DNA of 64,000 nt from a bacterium (GTDB lineage: Bacteria; SAR324; NAC60-12): assembly GCA_965205865.1 (NCBI GenBank), contig CBDBHR010000030.1, positions 1,152,001-1,216,000 on the forward strand. The letters are read 5' to 3'. Shown here piece by piece: positions 61,277-64,000 of this stretch. Under the pieces are notes generated by a model, which did not search any database, was not told where the DNA came from, and saw only the letters and a program-made list of their open reading frames with translations. Position 1 is the first letter of the stretch; every line of letters begins with the position of its first letter. The translations under genes were made by a program, and so were the position numbers.

Positions 61277-63784
61277 ATGTCGCAAGAAGATCGATATTCC
61301 GAGGTAAACACCCCCATCCAAATTCCCATGCTGCCCATGAGAGACATTGTGGTTTTCCCCCGCATGACCGCGCCTTTTTTCATCGGGAGAGCCCCCTCCA
61401 TGGCTGCCTTGGAAAAAGCTCTGGCAACCGATCGCCGGGTTTTTGTAGTAGCGCAGCAGGATCCCATGATTGAATCACCCTCTGCGAAAGATTTGTTCCG
61501 GATGGGGACCATAGGCCAGATCCTCCAGATCATGCGTCTACACAATGGCACCATCAAAGCCCTGTTCGAGGCCAAAACTCGCGGCATGCTGATTGAAGCC
61601 AGTCTGACAGGTTCTTTTTATTCGGCACTTGTCGAACCCCTCCCGGAAGCCGTGTTTCATACTCCGGAATTGGTTGCATTGAGCAAAAATGTCCGGCATG
61701 AGTTGAAACGCTATCTCAAAGAAGTCAAAAAGCACACTGAACGTATTGAAAAGCTGGCCCTGGATAAGGAAGAACCCTGCCACCTGGCCGACCGCATTGC
61801 GCCGCTATTGAACATGGATCTGAAGAAAAAACAGGAACTCCTGGAAATTTCAGATGCTCAAAGACGACTGGAAATCGTTTACGAGCGGATGCTGGAAGAA
61901 AATGAATTGAAAAAAGTGGAGCGCAAACTCAAAGAACGCGTCCAAGGGCAAATAGGCAGAACTCAAAAGGAATACTATCTCAACGAACAAATCAAAGCTA
62001 TCCAAAAAGAGCTGGGACAAGGAGAAGACGGAAAAGCGGAAATTGAAGAATACACCAAAAAAGTCGCAGACACCCCGCTTTCCAAGGAAGCCGGAGAGGT
62101 GGCTGTAAAGGAAGTAAAAAAACTGAAAATGATGCAACCGATGTCGGCAGAGGCCAATGTGGTGAGGAATTATCTGGATTGGTTGCTGGGCATGCCCTGG
62201 GGTGAAAAAACCGAAGATCATTTTGAATTAGGAGATGCCGAGAAAGTTCTCGACGTCGAGCATTATGGTTTGAGAAAAATAAAAGAGCGGATTATTGAAT
62301 ATTTAGCGGTTGCGCAGAAAGTAGGACAGATGAATGGTCCGATCATTTGTCTGGTGGGGCCTCCGGGTGTGGGGAAGACCTCTCTTGCCCGCTCAGTCGC
62401 CAAAGCGCTTGGCAGAAAATTCGTACGCATGAGTCTGGGAGGGGTGCGGGACGAAGCAGAAATCAGGGGGCACCGTCGTACTTACATTGGCGCTCTTCCC
62501 GGAAAAATCATTCAGTCGGTCCGTAAGGCGAAAAGCACCAACCCTCTGATGCTGCTCGACGAGTTGGACAAGATGACCTATGGAGTTATGGGCGACCCTG
62601 CTGCCGCCTTGTTGGAAGTGTTGGACCGGGAACAAAACCACTCTTTCATGGATCACTATCTGGAGATTGAATTCGATTTATCCGATGTCCTTTTCTTTTG
62701 TACCGCCAACGTCGACCAAAATATCCCTCTCACTTTGAAAGATCGGATGGAAGTCATCACTTTATCCGGATACACCGAATTGGAAAAAGAGCACATCGCC
62801 GCACGGCATTTGATTCCCAAACAGATTGAAGAAAACGGATTGAAAAAGGAGCAGATCAGGTTCCAGCGTAAAGGATTGACAGAAATCATCCAGCGCTACA
62901 CGCGAGAAGCCGGGGTGCGGGATCTCGAACGCTCCATTTCCAAGGTCTGCCGCAAAGTAGCCCGCCAGATTGTACAAAAGCATGGGGCTAAAAACCCCTC
63001 CCCCGGCCCCTCCCTCAAGGGGAGGGGAGAACTGATCGATAAAACAATTGTGGTGACGGAGAAACGAATTCACGATTATCTGGGAGTTCCATGTTATAAA
63101 CACAAGGAAATCGCAGAGAAAAATGAAATTGGAACCGCGTGCGGACTGGCCTGGACATCGGTAGGTGGTAAATTGCTCACCAATGAAGTGTGCCTGATGA
63201 AGGGAAAAGGCAATCTGAAATTAACGGGGCAATTGGGCGAAGTGATGAAAGAATCCGCAAAGGCCGCTTTGAGCTATGTGCGCAGCAATGCGAATATGCT
63301 CGGAATTTATTCATCGGTCTTTCAAGAAACCGACATCCATATCCATGTTCCGGAAGGTTCCGTTCCCAAAGATGGTCCATCGGCTGGAATTACCATGACC
63401 ACCTCCTTGATAAGCGCCTTCACCAGCATTCCTGTGAGAAAGGAGGTTGCCATGACCGGAGAAATCACCTTACGGGGAAGAATTTTGCCCATTGGTGGAC
63501 TGAAAGAGAAATTGTTGGCTGCCAAACGGGGAGGAGTTCAAACCGTCTTGATTCCTGATAAAAATGAAAAAGACTTGGTAGAGATTCCGGTTGAGATCAA
63601 AAAAGAGTTGACGATTGTCCCTGTCACTTTTGCGGAGGATGCCTTGAAAGTGGCGTTGGAACGTCTACCAGTTGCCGTGGAAGATCCTCCGAAGGAAGAA
63701 GAAAACGCCCGTGAAACTGCAACCAACGTGATTGCGGAGGAATCTTTCACTGAGCATGAAGTCCCCAGTTTTCCTCACAATTAA
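61277..63784 (+). CDS. lon: Lon (LonA) ATP-dependent protease
   Basis: GPPGVGKTS, LLDELDK, PKDGPSAG and GLKEK. Confidence 0.97.
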   Translation: MSQEDRYSEVNTPIQIPMLPMRDIVVFPRMTAPFFIGRAPSMAALEKALATDRRVFVVAQQDPMIESPSAKDLFRMGTIGQILQIMRLHNGTIKALFEAKTRGMLIEASLTGSFYSALVEPLPEAVFHTPELVALSKNVRHELKRYLKEVKKHTERIEKLALDKEEPCHLADRIAPLLNMDLKKKQELLEISDAQRRLEIVYERMLEENELKKVERKLKERVQGQIGRTQKEYYLNEQIKAIQKELGQGEDGKAEIEEYTKKVADTPLSKEAGEVAVKEVKKLKMMQPMSAEANVVRNYLDWLLGMPWGEKTEDHFELGDAEKVLDVEHYGLRKIKERIIEYLAVAQKVGQMNGPIICLVGPPGVGKTSLARSVAKALGRKFVRMSLGGVRDEAEIRGHRRTYIGALPGKIIQSVRKAKSTNPLMLLDELDKMTYGVMGDPAAALLEVLDREQNHSFMDHYLEIEFDLSDVLFFCTANVDQNIPLTLKDRMEVITLSGYTELEKEHIAARHLIPKQIEENGLKKEQIRFQRKGLTEIIQRYTREAGVRDLERSISKVCRKVARQIVQKHGAKNPSPGPSLKGRGELIDKTIVVTEKRIHDYLGVPCYKHKEIAEKNEIGTACGLAWTSVGGKLLTNEVCLMKGKGNLKLTGQLGEVMKESAKAALSYVRSNANMLGIYSSVFQETDIHIHVPEGSVPKDGPSAGITMTTSLISAFTSIPVRKEVAMTGEITLRGRILPIGGLKEKLLAAKRGGVQTVLIPDKNEKDLVEIPVEIKKELTIVPVTFAEDALKVALERLPVAVEDPPKEEENARETATNVIAEESFTEHEVPSFPHN
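62990..63034 (+). repeat. C/G-rich palindromic repeat inside lon (in frame)
   Basis: 45 bp identical to 63786-63831 except for one missing C. Confidence 0.92.
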
Positions 63785-63785
63785 G

Positions 63786-63831
63786 AAAAACCCCCTCCCC
63801 CGGCCCCTCCCTCAAGGGGAGGGGAGAACTG
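63786..63831 (+). repeat. C/G-rich palindromic repeat between convergent lon and hemL (may act as a terminator)
   Basis: CCCCTCCC-TCAA-GGGGAGGGG hairpin. Confidence 0.9.
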
Positions 63832-63840
63832 GGGGATTGG

Positions 63841-64000
63841 TCAAAGTTCTTGTAGGGCCAGTTTAACGGCATGCGCAGTTTTCTCCAAATCCGCTTCCGA
63901 GTGTACCGTGGATATAAAGAGGGATTCGAAAGCGGAGGGGGCGAGATAGATTCCTGCCGCCAACATTTCTTTGAAAAACTTCTTAAATCCCGCTACGTCC
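63841..64000 (-). CDS. hemL: Glutamate-1-semialdehyde aminomutase, 3' end only
   Basis: Hand translation FKKFFKEMLAAGIYLAPSAFESLFISTVHSEADLEKT...* resembles the HemL C-terminus. Confidence 0.75.
   Translation of the reverse strand, partial: DVAGFKKFFKEMLAAGIYLAPSAFESLFISTVHSEADLEKTAHAVKLALQEL

Overview
Bacterial chromosomal window. A deltaproteobacterial/SAR324-like host is my impression from the proteins and is unverified. 1-9.6 kb is a Type III restriction-modification operon whose mod and res genes are separated by a vsr / GHKL-histidine kinase / REC-domain protein / C5-methyltransferase cassette. 9.6-12.1 kb holds an old duplication of the rlmN 3' end plus an RHH antitoxin gene, each copy carrying a different MITE. 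12-26 kb is housekeeping (rlmN, MFS, acyltransferase, larE, thiI, SPL-like radical SAM, ribF, pyrC, hemB, surE, hemH). 26-35 kb is a decayed defence island with one intact REase-MTase fusion. 35-52 kb has an M16 peptidase, IS5-like and IS630 elements and a peptide-ABC/oxidoreductase cluster. 53-58 kb is the most striking part: an 896-bp duplication of the ileS 3' end brackets two nested, ORF-less group II introns. The inner intron sits in ribozyme domain III of the outer one, and the outer one sits in the terminal repeat of a GGGGTCAGGCT-family mini-element; EBS1-IBS1 pairing can be read for both. The window ends with ileS, lon (carrying an in-frame 45-bp palindromic repeat) and the 3' end of hemL. 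All family assignments come from motif recognition by eye; no database searches were run.
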